Positions 17,481-27,429 are shown, numbered from the stretch's first letter. The stretch: DNA of 64,000 bases from an uncultured Rhizobium sp. (GCA_964506725.1 CAZDLU010000001.1:45955-109954), one strand, 5' to 3'. The notes: a model not told the origin generated them from the sequence alone. Numbers and translations are program-made.

Positions 17481-18938
17481 TTATTTTCCTTCTTCAAGTG
17501 CCAAAGCCACATCAAACATTGTTTGCTCATCAAAATGCTTGGTAATTAATTGCAATCCCAAAGGCAAGCCATCATTATCAAAACCTGCGGGCACAGACAT
17601 TGCTGGCAATCCGGCCATATTTGCCGGAATTGTGAAAGCGTCATTTAAATAAATTTTCACCGGATCATTAGCAGTTACGGATTTTGACTGATCAATTGGA
17701 AATGCGGCATTAGGTGTTGCCGGAGTAAGTATCGCATCAACTTTTGTGAAAGCATTTTTAAAATCCTGAATCATCAAATTTCTAACTTTTTGTGCTTTCT
17801 TATAATAAGCATCATAATAGCCTGCTGAAAGCACGTAAGTTCCGGTTAGAATTCTTCTTTGAACCTCTTTACCAAAACCCTCGGCGCGGGTTTTCTCATA
17901 CATTTCTTCCGGCGTTAAGTTTTCACCCGGAGTTCGATAACCATATCTAACACCATCAAAGCGAGCCAGATTTGACGAGGCTTCGGCCGGTGCGATAATA
18001 TAATAAGTGGCGGGTGCATATTTTGTATGAGGCAAAGAAATATCAACAATTTCAGCGCCACGATTTTTCAAAATCTCACAACCTTTTTGCCATAATTTTT
18101 CAATTTCTTCCGGCATGCCATCAAGGTGATATTCTTTGGCGATACCGATTTTTTTGCCGCGAATGTCGGAATTTAAAAGCTTCTCGAACTGTGGAACTGC
18201 GAGGTTCATCGAGGTTGAGTCTTTTTTGTCAAATCCTGAAATTATGCGCTGTAATAACGCTGCATCGTAAACATTTTTTGCAAAAACCCCGGCTTGATCC
18301 AAAGAACTGGCAAAAGCAATCATGCCATAGCGTGATGAACGTCCGTAAGTTGGTTTAACGCCGACAATATTTGTAAAAGAAGCGGGCTGTCTTATTGAGC
18401 CTCCCGTGTCCGAGCCAGTTGCGCCGGCGCATAAATTTGCCGCAACAGCAGCAGCAGAACCGCCAGAAGACCCACCCGCCACTAATTTTTCATCAGAATT
18501 TTTTTTCTTATAAGGATTGGTAACGGGCCCGAAATAGCTGGTTGTATTGCCAGAACCCATAGCAAATTCATCCATGTTGGTTTTGCCAAGCATCACTGCG
18601 CCGGCATTCCATAATTGCTCGGTTACTGTTGATTCGTAAGGCGGTACAAAATTTTCGAGCATCTTAGAGGCACAAGTCGTGCGCACATTTTTTGTACAAA
18701 ATAAATCTTTCACACCCAATGGAATTCCTTCCAAATCGCGCGCTTCATTTTTAGCAATGCGTGCGTCTGATTCTTTGGCTTGCGCCAGTGCGAAATCAAA
18801 ACTGTCAGTAATGTAAGCGTTTAAATGACGATTTTTTTCGATATTATCGATGTAGGATTTTGTGAGCTCAACAGCTGAAAAATTTTTATTTTTTAAACCT
18901 TTGATGGTTTGTTTGATTGTTAGTTTTGTAAGTTCCAT
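17481..18938 (-). CDS. gatA: Asp-tRNA(Asn)/Glu-tRNA(Gln) amidotransferase subunit A
   Basis: 485 aa. Amidase signature [12 protein letters not shown] and ..[12 protein letters not shown].. Confidence 0.95.
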   Translation of the reverse strand: MELTKLTIKQTIKGLKNKNFSAVELTKSYIDNIEKNRHLNAYITDSFDFALAQAKESDARIAKNEARDLEGIPLGVKDLFCTKNVRTTCASKMLENFVPPYESTVTEQLWNAGAVMLGKTNMDEFAMGSGNTTSYFGPVTNPYKKKNSDEKLVAGGSSGGSAAAVAANLCAGATGSDTGGSIRQPASFTNIVGVKPTYGRSSRYGMIAFASSLDQAGVFAKNVYDAALLQRIISGFDKKDSTSMNLAVPQFEKLLNSDIRGKKIGIAKEYHLDGMPEEIEKLWQKGCEILKNRGAEIVDISLPHTKYAPATYYIIAPAEASSNLARFDGVRYGYRTPGENLTPEEMYEKTRAEGFGKEVQRRILTGTYVLSAGYYDAYYKKAQKVRNLMIQDFKNAFTKVDAILTPATPNAAFPIDQSKSVTANDPVKIYLNDAFTIPANMAGLPAMSVPAGFDNDGLPLGLQLITKHFDEQTMFDVALALEEGK

Positions 18939-18940
18939 TT

Positions 18941-20719
18941 TTAAGATGCTTTTTTAATCAAAGTCAATAATTCCTTTTTGCTCAACAACTCGCTTGCAAG
19001 CAAGCCCTCTCTAGCGTTAGGCCCATAAACTGCATTAAAGGGAATTGCAAAGCGACCGTTTTTATGTAGGTAATCCATAATTTCGGGATTAGGTTTTGTA
19101 AGGTCGCCGCGCATTAAAATTATATCGCCGCCTTTTAATATTGCCATAACTTCCTTGTCTTCCAACACATGCGCCTTATTAAATTTGCAAGTAAGGCACC
19201 AGTCAGCTGTAATATCGACAACAACTGTCTTACCATTAATTACCTGTTTATAAATTTCAGCTTCATTAAATTCGTGCCAAATATTATTTTTAATAACTGT
19301 CGTAGAAGATTTGTTTTCAAGGGTTGAAGGTATAGCAAAAATCATTATCGTTATAAAAATTAAAGCAATATTTCTAAATAATTTTGATTTGATTTTAAAA
19401 CAAGGCAACAGGGCTAAGCACAGAGCTCCGGTTATTAGCGTAGCTTTGCCGCCGATATCGCTTTTTAAAACATAAAGCAGCCACAAAATTGTAACGATAA
19501 AAAACCAGCCCATTATATGTTTGGCGGTAATCATCCAGCGGCCCGGTTTTGGCAAAAATCTAACTAAACCAGGTGTAAAAAATAAGACAATATAAGGTGA
19601 AGCAAAACCAAGTGCGATGCTGATAAAAATTATAAAAATCGTGATAAAACTTTGGGTTAAAGCAAAAGAAATTGCTGACCCTAAAAATGGTGCCGAACAA
19701 GGTGTGGCAAGAAGAACTGCCAATATTCCCGAAAGAAAATTCGGAATAAAAATATTTTTTTGTTGCTCGGAAATTTCAATTTTTCTATTGATGAAATTTG
19801 CTAAGATTTGATTGAAATTAATTTCGAAAAGCCCGAATAAATTTAAGGTAAAAAATGCTAAAATAGTTACTAAAAAAATCAGGAAATAAGAATTTTGAAA
19901 CTGTAGGCCCCAACCTAGAGAATTGCCGCTAAATTCGATGAAACTGGCGATAAAAGCAAAGACAATAAAACAAAATAAAATGCCAATAACTGTTGAAAGA
20001 AATGCCAGTCGGATCCTTGAAAGAGCTGCATTTGAATGATTTATCACTGACATTAATTTCAGTGATAAAACCGGTAAGACGCAGGGCATAATATTTAAAA
20101 TAGCGCCTCCTAAAATTCCTAAAAATATAGCCGCAATCAAGGCGTAGGAAGAATTAATGCCTTGTTTTATTTGTTTGGTTTCGGAAATTTTATGCGGATA
20201 AAATTTTTGTATAATGTCTAGCGCATCCGCGTCTTTTGTGCTTGACGGAATAATTGAAAATTCTTCAGTGACAGGCACGCATAGATCATGGCTGCACAGC
20301 CCGTAATTTAATTTTATGTTTAAATTTGTCGGATCATCAATTTTTTGTACAATGATTTCAACGGGCAATATAACTTTATGTTTGTAGTAAGAGTAATGAA
20401 TTATGCTTTCGCCGATTTTTTCTTCTTTTTTTTCAGCTTCAGGCCAAATTATTTTATGATTTAAATAATTGCTGGATCCGCTAAAATCAATGCTCGGTGG
20501 CAAGCCAAATCCGCCGGCGTCTTCGCCATAAATTTTCCAGCCTTCAGCTAATTCAAATTCAATTCCGGCAATTAACTTTTTCTCGCCTTTTTCATTGTGA
20601 TAAAAACTGGCAACGGCGCGTGTTTTAGCGCCTTGATTTTGATGTTGATCGGATATGGTAGCATTGGCTTTACTGTAGGTGAGAAATAGGATAAGGGTTA
20701 AGAGGAATCTTAGTTTCAT
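18941..20719 (-). CDS. dsbD: DsbD-family thiol:disulfide interchange (protein-disulfide reductase) protein
   Basis: 592 aa. N-terminal periplasmic domain; central CcdA-like TM core with CVLPVLSLK and ..TPCSAPFL..; C-terminal thioredoxin fold with WCLTC. Confidence 0.8.
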   Translation of the reverse strand: MKLRFLLTLILFLTYSKANATISDQHQNQGAKTRAVASFYHNEKGEKKLIAGIEFELAEGWKIYGEDAGGFGLPPSIDFSGSSNYLNHKIIWPEAEKKEEKIGESIIHYSYYKHKVILPVEIIVQKIDDPTNLNIKLNYGLCSHDLCVPVTEEFSIIPSSTKDADALDIIQKFYPHKISETKQIKQGINSSYALIAAIFLGILGGAILNIMPCVLPVLSLKLMSVINHSNAALSRIRLAFLSTVIGILFCFIVFAFIASFIEFSGNSLGWGLQFQNSYFLIFLVTILAFFTLNLFGLFEINFNQILANFINRKIEISEQQKNIFIPNFLSGILAVLLATPCSAPFLGSAISFALTQSFITIFIIFISIALGFASPYIVLFFTPGLVRFLPKPGRWMITAKHIMGWFFIVTILWLLYVLKSDIGGKATLITGALCLALLPCFKIKSKLFRNIALIFITIMIFAIPSTLENKSSTTVIKNNIWHEFNEAEIYKQVINGKTVVVDITADWCLTCKFNKAHVLEDKEVMAILKGGDIILMRGDLTKPNPEIMDYLHKNGRFAIPFNAVYGPNAREGLLASELLSKKELLTLIKKAS

Positions 20720-20862
20720 GGCATGATTGTTTTTGTTGCTAATTACAAATAATTTGTAGTTCGTAATTCCTGATTCGTAATTAAATTACAATTGCTACTT
20801 CAAAATCTCCAAACTAAACTTACCAACTCTCATTCTTAATATAAATATTTTTTTTAAATATA

Positions 20863-21075
20863 ATGACTACCCAACCAAAAGCGCTGGAAGTTGTTCATGT
20901 CACAAGCAAGAAAGTGTCGTGTGAAGGTGCTAAGGCTGACTCTAGCCATCCATTAATATATCTTAATATGGGCAACGAAGATCATGTTGTTTGTCCTTAT
21001 TGCAGCAGATATTTTACTATTAAAAAGGCAGCCAATTCGGTAGTTGTCGGGATCAAAAATCAAATGCAAGATTAA
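20863..21075 (+). CDS. small zinc-finger (CHCC-type) protein
   Basis: 70 aa. ..KKVSCEG...HPLIYLNMG...VVCPYCSRYF.. resembles the conserved alphaproteobacterial zf-CHCC / NDUFS6-C-terminal-like protein. Confidence 0.6.
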   Translation: MTTQPKALEVVHVTSKKVSCEGAKADSSHPLIYLNMGNEDHVVCPYCSRYFTIKKAANSVVVGIKNQMQD

Positions 21076-21076
21076 T

Positions 21077-22342
21077 ATGACGAATATAGCAATAATCGGC
21101 CTGCAATGGGGCGACGAGGGTAAGGGGAAAATCGTGGATTGTTTGTCCGATAAATTTGACGCCGTTGTTAGGTTTCAGGGCGGTCATAATGCAGGGCATA
21201 CTATCAAAGTTGATGATAAAACATATAAATTAAGTTTGTTGCCATCCGGCATAATTCGTGGAAAATTCTCAGTAATTGGAAGCGGTGTAGTTGTTGATCC
21301 GGTGGCGCTTTTTAAAGAAATTTCCAATATTGAAGATTTAGGATTGAAAGTTACGCCGCAAAATTTGGCAATTGCTGATAATGCTTGCTTGATTTTGTCA
21401 GTGCATCGTGAACTCGATCAATTGCTGGAAGCTAAAAAAGGTGCAAAAAAAATCGGTACGACAGGACGCGGAATTGGTCCGGCTTACGAGGATAAGGCGG
21501 GAAGACGAGCCATTAGAATTTGTGATTTATATAATGAAAAGATTCTAAAAGAGCGAATTGAGAATTTGCTTTTTTATCACAATTTATTGCGTCAGAGTTT
21601 GGGTGCAGAAATTGTAACGGTTGAACAAATTCTGTCAGAGCTTGAGCCTGTCGGTTCACGCTTGCTAACTCACGCTAAAAGTGCTTTCGATATTGCCAAA
21701 ATTTTGCGGGATAAAAAAATTATGTTTGAAGGTGCGCAAGGCGCTTTGCTTGATGTTTCTTACGGAACTTTTCCTTTCGTTACTTCTTCGAATACGGCAG
21801 CGGGACAGGTGGCTCTTGGTTCCTGCTTAGGCGTGGCGGATTTGCATAAAACAATTGGAATTCTAAAAGCTTATACCACGCGCGTTGGTTCGGGCCCTTT
21901 TCCAACTGAATTAAATGACGAAACCGGCGAATTTTTGCGCGTTGAAGGCAAAGAAGTTGGAACTGTAACCGGTCGCGATAGGCGCTGCGGTTGGTTTGAC
22001 GCTGTGTTGGTGCGTCAATCAATTCAACTTTCTTCAGTAAAAGAAATTGCTTTAACAAAATTGGATGTTTTGGATAAGTTAGAAAAAATCAAAATTTGTG
22101 TTGGTTATAAAATCAATGGTGAGACTTATGATTATTTACCGCAAGCCATAAATCTATGGGATAAAATCGAACCTATTTACGAGGAAATTTCCGGTTGGAA
22201 AGAAGTTACGGTTGGTGCTAAATCATTAAATGATTTACCAAGAAATGCTCGCAAATATATTGCGCGCATCGAGGAATTATGCGGCGTTAAAGCCACAATA
22301 ATTTCTACAGGTGCGAAACGCGAAGATACGATTTTTGTTTAA
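21077..22342 (+). CDS. purA: adenylosuccinate synthetase
   Basis: The true start is likely ATG 21077 (MTNIAIIGLQWGDEGKGK P-loop). GGHNAGHT and TTGRGIGPAYEDK motifs. Confidence 0.95.
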   Translation: MTNIAIIGLQWGDEGKGKIVDCLSDKFDAVVRFQGGHNAGHTIKVDDKTYKLSLLPSGIIRGKFSVIGSGVVVDPVALFKEISNIEDLGLKVTPQNLAIADNACLILSVHRELDQLLEAKKGAKKIGTTGRGIGPAYEDKAGRRAIRICDLYNEKILKERIENLLFYHNLLRQSLGAEIVTVEQILSELEPVGSRLLTHAKSAFDIAKILRDKKIMFEGAQGALLDVSYGTFPFVTSSNTAAGQVALGSCLGVADLHKTIGILKAYTTRVGSGPFPTELNDETGEFLRVEGKEVGTVTGRDRRCGWFDAVLVRQSIQLSSVKEIALTKLDVLDKLEKIKICVGYKINGETYDYLPQAINLWDKIEPIYEEISGWKEVTVGAKSLNDLPRNARKYIARIEELCGVKATIISTGAKREDTIFV

Positions 22343-22352
22343 AAACTCCATA

Positions 22353-22445
22353 GTCATGCTGAGCCTGTCGAAGCATGTTTTAGAACTGGGAGTATAATAA
22401 TCATGCTTCGCCCTTCGACAGGCTTAGGGTGACGCTCAGCATGAC
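22353..22445. repeat. palindromic element, family A (copy A2)
   Basis: gtcatgctgagcctgtcgaagcatg .. tcatgcttcgcccttcgacaggcttagggtgacgctcagcatgac. Lies between purA and the GT4 gene. Confidence 0.9.
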
Positions 22446-22462
22446 TAAGATATGTTACCTAA

Positions 22463-23641
22463 ATGAATAATAAAACTAAAAAACTCGTAATTGCCCAGAT
22501 CCTTCCGGCCCTAGAAAGCGGCGGTGTGGAGCGTGGCACCATCGATATTGCAAAAGCTTTAAAAAATGCTGATTTTGAACCTATCGTAATTTCTTCCGGC
22601 GGGATTTTGGTTTATCAGTTGAAAGAGGCCGGAATCAGGCATATCACGCTTTCAGTGAAGAGCAAAAATCCTTTCAAAATTTTCTTAAATGCCAAGAAAT
22701 TAAAAAAAATTATTGAAGAAAATAAAATTGATTTGATCCACGTGCGATCGCGTGCGCCCATGTGGAGTGCTTATTTGGCGAGTAAAAAAGTTAAAGTAAA
22801 ATTACTGGCAACGGTGCATGGAACTTACTCGCTGAAACTTTTTAAATGGCAAAGATTTTTCTTGAAAAAAATCTATAATGCAGTGATGTTAAAAGCAGAG
22901 CGCATCATTGCGGTGTCTGACTTCATTAGGAATTATATTTTAGAAAATTATGTTGATAAAAAAACTAGTAAAAATGATTTAGAAAAGAAAATTACAGTGA
23001 TTGCGCGCGGTGCGGATTTGAATTATTTTGATGATAAGAAAGTTTCTAAAAATCGCATAATTGATTTAATAAATAAATGGCAATTGCCCGAAGATAAAAA
23101 ATTTATTTTAATGCCGGCGCGCTTTACGGGTTGGAAGGGTCACGAGTTTTTGATTGAAGCTTTAGCGAAAGTTAAAAATGATTTTTTCTGCATTCTTGTT
23201 GGCTCGGATCATGGACACAAGAAATTTAAATTAAAAATTGAGAAAAAAATTATTGATATCGGTTTAGCCGGTAAAATCAAGGCTGTAGGCGTTTGTAAAG
23301 ATATGCCGGCGGCTTATGCAATTTCGCATTTGGTGGTTTGCCCAAGTATAAGACCAGAGGCTTTTGGTCGCGTGGCTATTGAGGCGCAGGCTTCAAACAA
23401 AATAATTATTGCCACCAAAATCGGCGGCGCACTTGAAACCGTGGTTGAGGGCAAAACCGGATTTTTGGTTGATGCCGAAAATAGTGATGAATTGGCGCAA
23501 GCAATTGATAAGGTTTTGTTGATGTCGCAGAAAGAGCTCGATGCGATGGGAGATAGAGCGCGTAAGCATGTTGAAGAGAATTTTTCGAATGATAAGATGA
23601 TAAAGGAGACGATTAAAGTTTATAAGGAGATGCTTAAATAG
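22463..23641 (+). CDS. glycosyltransferase family 4 (GT-B) protein
   Basis: 392 aa. N-terminal ..LESGGVERGT... C-terminal ..RPEAFGRVAIEAQASNKIIIATKIGGALETVVEGKTGFLV.. (E-x7-E-type GT4 motif). Confidence 0.8.
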   Translation: MNNKTKKLVIAQILPALESGGVERGTIDIAKALKNADFEPIVISSGGILVYQLKEAGIRHITLSVKSKNPFKIFLNAKKLKKIIEENKIDLIHVRSRAPMWSAYLASKKVKVKLLATVHGTYSLKLFKWQRFFLKKIYNAVMLKAERIIAVSDFIRNYILENYVDKKTSKNDLEKKITVIARGADLNYFDDKKVSKNRIIDLINKWQLPEDKKFILMPARFTGWKGHEFLIEALAKVKNDFFCILVGSDHGHKKFKLKIEKKIIDIGLAGKIKAVGVCKDMPAAYAISHLVVCPSIRPEAFGRVAIEAQASNKIIIATKIGGALETVVEGKTGFLVDAENSDELAQAIDKVLLMSQKELDAMGDRARKHVEENFSNDKMIKETIKVYKEMLK

Positions 23642-23654
23642 GCGCTTCTCGATA

Positions 23655-23760
23655 TCATGCTAAGCATCACCCTGAGCCTGTCGAAGGGCGAAGCATGATT
23701 ACTCCGAATTCAACATCATGCTTCGCCCTTCGACAGGCTCAGGGTGACGCTCAGCATGAC
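23655..23760. repeat. palindromic element, family A (copy A3, long form)
   Basis: tcatgctaagcatcaccctgagcctgtcgaagggcgaagcatgat .. tcatgcttcgcccttcgacaggctcagggtgacgctcagcatgac. Lies between the GT4 gene and kdsB. Confidence 0.9.
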
Positions 23761-23773
23761 ATCAAATTTTTTT

Positions 23774-24532
23774 ATGTTAGATAAAGTTTTAGTAATAATT
23801 CCTGTAAGGTTGGCCTCAACGCGTTTGCCCAACAAGCCACTCGCCGATATTTTAGGTAAAACAATGATTCAGCGAGTCTATGAGCAAGCTGTAAAATCAG
23901 GCATCGGCGAAGTTGTAATTGCGTGTGACGGCGAAGAAATTGCGCGTGAAGTAAAAGAATTCGGCGGAAAATTTATTATCACCGATCCCGACTTGCCGTC
24001 AGGAACTGACAGGATTTATGCCGCTTTTAAGGCGTTGCAAAATAATGATTTTGAAGTGATTGTAAATCTACAAGGTGATTTGCCGAATATTGATCCGCAA
24101 GTGATTCGAGCAGCGGCTGAAGCGGCTTTAGAACATGATTGTGATTTTGCAACCGTGGCCTCAAAAATTAAAAATAAATCAGAAATTACTAATCCGAATG
24201 TGGTAAAAATTGCGATTGCCTTTACCGAAAAAAAATTAGGTCGCGCCCTTTATTTTTCTCGTTCGGCGATACCTTATTCTAAAGATGAGTCGGCTGATTT
24301 TTACCATCATATCGGAATTTATGCTTACAAAAAAAATGCTTTGGAAAAATTTATAAAGCTTTCGCCTTCAATACTAGAGCGCCGCGAAAGCCTTGAGCAA
24401 CTACGCGCTTTAGAAAATAACATGAAAATTTTAGTAAAAATTGTAGAAGCACATCCTCTCTCCGTTGATACCAAAGAAGATTTGGAAATTGTGACAAAAA
24501 TAATTGCTCATGAAAAAACCATTGCAAATTAA
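23774..24532 (+). CDS. kdsB: 3-deoxy-manno-octulosonate cytidylyltransferase (CMP-KDO synthetase)
   Basis: The likely start is ATG 23774 (MLDKVLVIIPVRLASTRLPNKPL). The GTG 23744 in the track lies inside a palindromic element. ..NLQGDLP.. and ..HIGIYAY.. motifs. Confidence 0.9.
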   Translation: MLDKVLVIIPVRLASTRLPNKPLADILGKTMIQRVYEQAVKSGIGEVVIACDGEEIAREVKEFGGKFIITDPDLPSGTDRIYAAFKALQNNDFEVIVNLQGDLPNIDPQVIRAAAEAALEHDCDFATVASKIKNKSEITNPNVVKIAIAFTEKKLGRALYFSRSAIPYSKDESADFYHHIGIYAYKKNALEKFIKLSPSILERRESLEQLRALENNMKILVKIVEAHPLSVDTKEDLEIVTKIIAHEKTIAN

Positions 24533-25028
24533 CAAAACAAAATCCACTATCGGCTGGAAAGAATGGTTTAGTCTTGATTGCTTGGGCCTTCCGGCGATTA
24601 AGGGCAAAATTGACACCGGAGCCAAAACTTCCGCTTTGCATGCTTTTAATATTGAAAGTTTTTTTATCGAAGATGTTGAATATGTAAAATTCGACATTCA
24701 TCCTTTGCAAAAAAATAAAAAGCTGGTGCGCTCTTGTGTGGCGCAGGTTATTGAGCGCAGAATGGTTTCGGATTCGGGTGGTAAAAAAGAAAAAAGATTT
24801 GTCATAAAATCTTATTTAATGATCGGCGAGAAAAAAATCATGATCGAACTAACTCTTGCCAATCGTGATTCCATGACCTTTCGTATGTTGCTTGGTCGTG
24901 ATGCGGTGAAGGCCGCAAAAATGTTAGTCGATCCTTCAAAATCTTTTTTACAAGGACGACCTAAATCAAGTAAAGTTTTAAAATTATATAAAAATATTAA
25001 ACCAATAATTGACCCTCGATATTTATGA
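24504..25028 (+). CDS. RimK-associated retropepsin-like protease (COG4067 'ATP-dependent zinc protease' family)
   Basis: 174 aa. ..IGWKEWFSLDCLGLPAIKGKIDTGAKTSALHA.. carries the DTG(A) aspartic-protease signature typical of the protein encoded upstream of rimK. 4-nt overlap with rimK. Confidence 0.65.
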   Translation: MLMKKPLQINKTKSTIGWKEWFSLDCLGLPAIKGKIDTGAKTSALHAFNIESFFIEDVEYVKFDIHPLQKNKKLVRSCVAQVIERRMVSDSGGKKEKRFVIKSYLMIGEKKIMIELTLANRDSMTFRMLLGRDAVKAAKMLVDPSKSFLQGRPKSSKVLKLYKNIKPIIDPRYL

Positions 25029-25897
25029 AATTAATCCTTTTAGCATCAAATCCTGATTTATATTCTAACAAAAGATTGGTCGAGGTCGCTAGAGCGCGTG
25101 GACACCAAATCGAGTTTGTTAACGTTGGCGATTGTTATATTAAAGTTGCCTGCAACAATGGCGAAGTTTTTTATGATGAGGGCAAAAAAATGGAGCGCGT
25201 CGATCACGTAATCACGCGTATCAAGCCCGCAATGACATTTTACGGCACGGCGATTATTCGCCAATTTGAAGTGATGGGAATTAATTGCTTCAATAAATCT
25301 GAAGCAATTACCAAGTCTCGCGATAAATTACATACTTTGCAAATTTTGTCGCAATATGGTCTGGATGTGCCGGTTACAAGCTTCGCCAATACTTCTTACG
25401 AAACCAAAGATTTAATAAATATCGTTGGTGGCGCGCCGTTAGTGGTGAAATTACTGGAAGGAACAAAAGGTGTCGGCGTGGTTTTAGCAGAAACCGGCAA
25501 AGCCGCCGAAAGCGTAATTAACGCGTTCCGCAGCTTAAAAGCCGATATTTTAGTGCAGCAATATATTAAAGAATCAAAAGGCCAAGACATTCGTTGTTTC
25601 GTTATCGGTGATAAGGTTGTGGCCTCAATGCAACGCATCGCGCAAGACGGCGAATTCCGCGCCAATATTCATTTGGGCGCGATTGCCAAGGCTATTGAAA
25701 TAACAGAACAAGAACGCGAAATGGCGATTAATGCGGCCAAAATTATCGGGCTTGAAGTGGCCGGTGTTGACATGGTGCGCTCGAATAACGGCCCAAAAAT
25801 TCTAGAAATAAATTCAGCGCCAGGCCTTGAGGGTATTGAGGGTGCTACCGGTGTTGATATTGCGGCGAAGATGATTGAGTTTTTGGAGAGGAAGTAA
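25025..25897 (+). CDS. rimK: RimK-family alpha-L-glutamate ligase (ATP-grasp)
   Basis: 290 aa. ATP-grasp pattern ..KLHTLQIL...G..VP.T...., ..PLVVKLLEGTKGVGV.., ..ILEINSAPGLEGIE.. Confidence 0.9.
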   Translation: MKLILLASNPDLYSNKRLVEVARARGHQIEFVNVGDCYIKVACNNGEVFYDEGKKMERVDHVITRIKPAMTFYGTAIIRQFEVMGINCFNKSEAITKSRDKLHTLQILSQYGLDVPVTSFANTSYETKDLINIVGGAPLVVKLLEGTKGVGVVLAETGKAAESVINAFRSLKADILVQQYIKESKGQDIRCFVIGDKVVASMQRIAQDGEFRANIHLGAIAKAIEITEQEREMAINAAKIIGLEVAGVDMVRSNNGPKILEINSAPGLEGIEGATGVDIAAKMIEFLERK

Positions 25898-25898
25898 A

Positions 25899-26087
25899 AT
25901 GAGGTTATACACTGCGAAGATTGAGCAAGAATTAAACAGCAAAACAATTTTTGTAATAAAAAAATCAATAAAAAATCATGCTAAATTAAAATCATTTGAT
26001 GATGTTGATAGTGCGATGAAATATTTATTGTTTGAGAAAAAAACCATTAAACCCAAAACCTATGAAGGAGATAGTAAAGAATTTTGA
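25899..26087 (+). CDS. small hypothetical protein, possible antitoxin of the adjacent disrupted PemK/MazF-like gene
   Basis: 62-aa ORF from ATG 25899 (MRLYTAKIEQ..). It overlaps the start of the toxin-like ORF (26062) by 26 nt, a typical TA arrangement. No family recognised. Confidence 0.3.
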   Translation: MRLYTAKIEQELNSKTIFVIKKSIKNHAKLKSFDDVDSAMKYLLFEKKTIKPKTYEGDSKEF

Positions 26088-26640
26088 TCAATGGAATGAT
26101 CTAAAAAAGAGGCTGGATTTAACAAATTGTAAAACTATTACTTTTCAAGAGCGGGAAGTATGGTGGTGCAGTATTGGACTTAGGCACTGTTAGCTAATTA
26201 ATTTCATTTCATATTTCGCCCTATTTTGACTTATTTTTTGGCAAAATTTTTCAAAATATATCCTGATATTTATCAAAATTTTGCCAAAGAAACGTTCAAA
26301 ATATGCCAAAATCTGTAATAAAATTAATTAGCTAACAGTGCCTAATATTGGAAGCGAAGAAAATGGTAAAAATTCTCTGTTCAGTCGCCCTGTTTTAATT
26401 TTAAGAAAATTTAATGATAGGATGTTTCTAGGAATTCCGCTAACTAGTAAAATTAAGGATAATAAACATTATTTTCCGATAGTTTTTAAGGATAAAATTA
26501 GTTGCTTGATGCTATCGCAAATGAGAGTATTCGAGAGTAAGAGATTAACGACCTTGATGGGAAAAGTTCCTTCGAATCAGTTTGAAGAAATTAGATTGGT
26601 AGCGAGTAAAGTTGTGCTCGGAATTTATCCGGCCCCATAG
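26062..26640 (+). pseudogene. PemK/MazF-family toxin gene interrupted by a MITE
   Basis: 26062-26181 encodes MKEIVKNFDQWNDLKKRLDLTNCKTITFQEREVWWCSIGL. 26344-26640 continues NIGSEENGKNSLFSRPVLILRKFNDRMFLGIPLTSK... Joined, they read as one ~139-aa PemK/MazF-like protein. A 160-bp insertion separates them. Confidence 0.8.
26183..26342. mobile_element. 160-bp non-autonomous MITE with 22-bp perfect TIRs and TA target-site duplication
   Basis: TIR GGCACTGTTAGCTAATTAATTT at 26183 and its exact reverse complement ending at 26342. TA at 26181-26182 and 26343-26344. AT-rich, non-coding interior with an internal inverted repeat (ttggcaaaatttt / aaaattttgccaa). Confidence 0.85.
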
Positions 26641-26717
26641 TGGTTATTCAAGGGCCGTATGTGCCAAAGGCAATATGGTTATTAATTTATAATCTATTAA
26701 AATAGTAAAATAGTCAA

Positions 26718-27329
26718 ATGAAAAAACCTTTTGAGGCCAAAAAAGTATTTAGTAACGAAGCTGAGTTTTTACTGGGCGCGCATCAATTTTCGCAAGTGCC
26801 GAGCTATCATTATCCGGAAGTGGCTTTTTTAGGGGCGTCAAATGCCGGGAAATCTAGTTTGGTTAATGCGGTTTTGAAGCAAAAAGTGGCGATTGTTTCA
26901 TCTACTCCGGGCAGAACGCGTCAATTGAATTTTTTTAAAGTTGGCGAAGTCTTTGTCGCTGTTGATTTGCCGGGCTATGGTTTTGCCAAGGCCAGTAAAA
27001 ATCATGCTGAGCATTGGCAAAAAACTGCCGTGGAATATTTGACGAAAAGAGCTAATTTAAAGCGGGTGTTTTTGTTAGTTGATGTGGTTAAAGGCTTGAA
27101 AGACGCGGATCTGGACATGATTAATATTTTTAATGCTTTGGCAATTTCTTTCCAAATTGTTTTGACAAAAATTGACAAAGTCAATAAAGACGAGCAATTG
27201 CAAGCTGTTGCAAAAATAAAAACTGCCTCTAAAAAATGGCCGGCGGTTTTTGATAAAATCATGCTGACAAGTTCGGAAAAAGGTTATGGAATTGATGATT
27301 TGCAAGATGAAATTTTGAGTGCTTTATGA
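26718..27329 (+). CDS. engB: ribosome-biogenesis GTPase EngB/YsxC
   Basis: 203 aa. G1 GASNAGKSSL, G3 DLPGYG, G4 TKIDK. Confidence 0.9.
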   Translation: MKKPFEAKKVFSNEAEFLLGAHQFSQVPSYHYPEVAFLGASNAGKSSLVNAVLKQKVAIVSSTPGRTRQLNFFKVGEVFVAVDLPGYGFAKASKNHAEHWQKTAVEYLTKRANLKRVFLLVDVVKGLKDADLDMINIFNALAISFQIVLTKIDKVNKDEQLQAVAKIKTASKKWPAVFDKIMLTSSEKGYGIDDLQDEILSAL

Positions 27330-27429
27330 AAATTATTTTGATTGTTTTGATTACTACTATTGTGGTGATAGCTGGGATGGTTTGGCTTAATTCGGCAAGT
27401 TACAATGGCAAAAAAGAGGGTAAGCCTAA

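Noticed and set aside
17481-18938. gatA without adjacent gatC or gatB.
   Set aside because: Dispersed gat genes are common in many bacteria. gatA looks intact, with the amidase signature present. There is nothing to report beyond gene order.
20745-20759. A perfect 15-bp palindrome, TACAAATAATTTGTA, plus nearby cgtaatt repeats, in the dsbD / zinc-finger-purA divergent region. It could be an operator.
   Set aside because: In DNA this AT-rich, short AT palindromes are expected by chance. No regulator is encoded nearby and I noticed no second copy.
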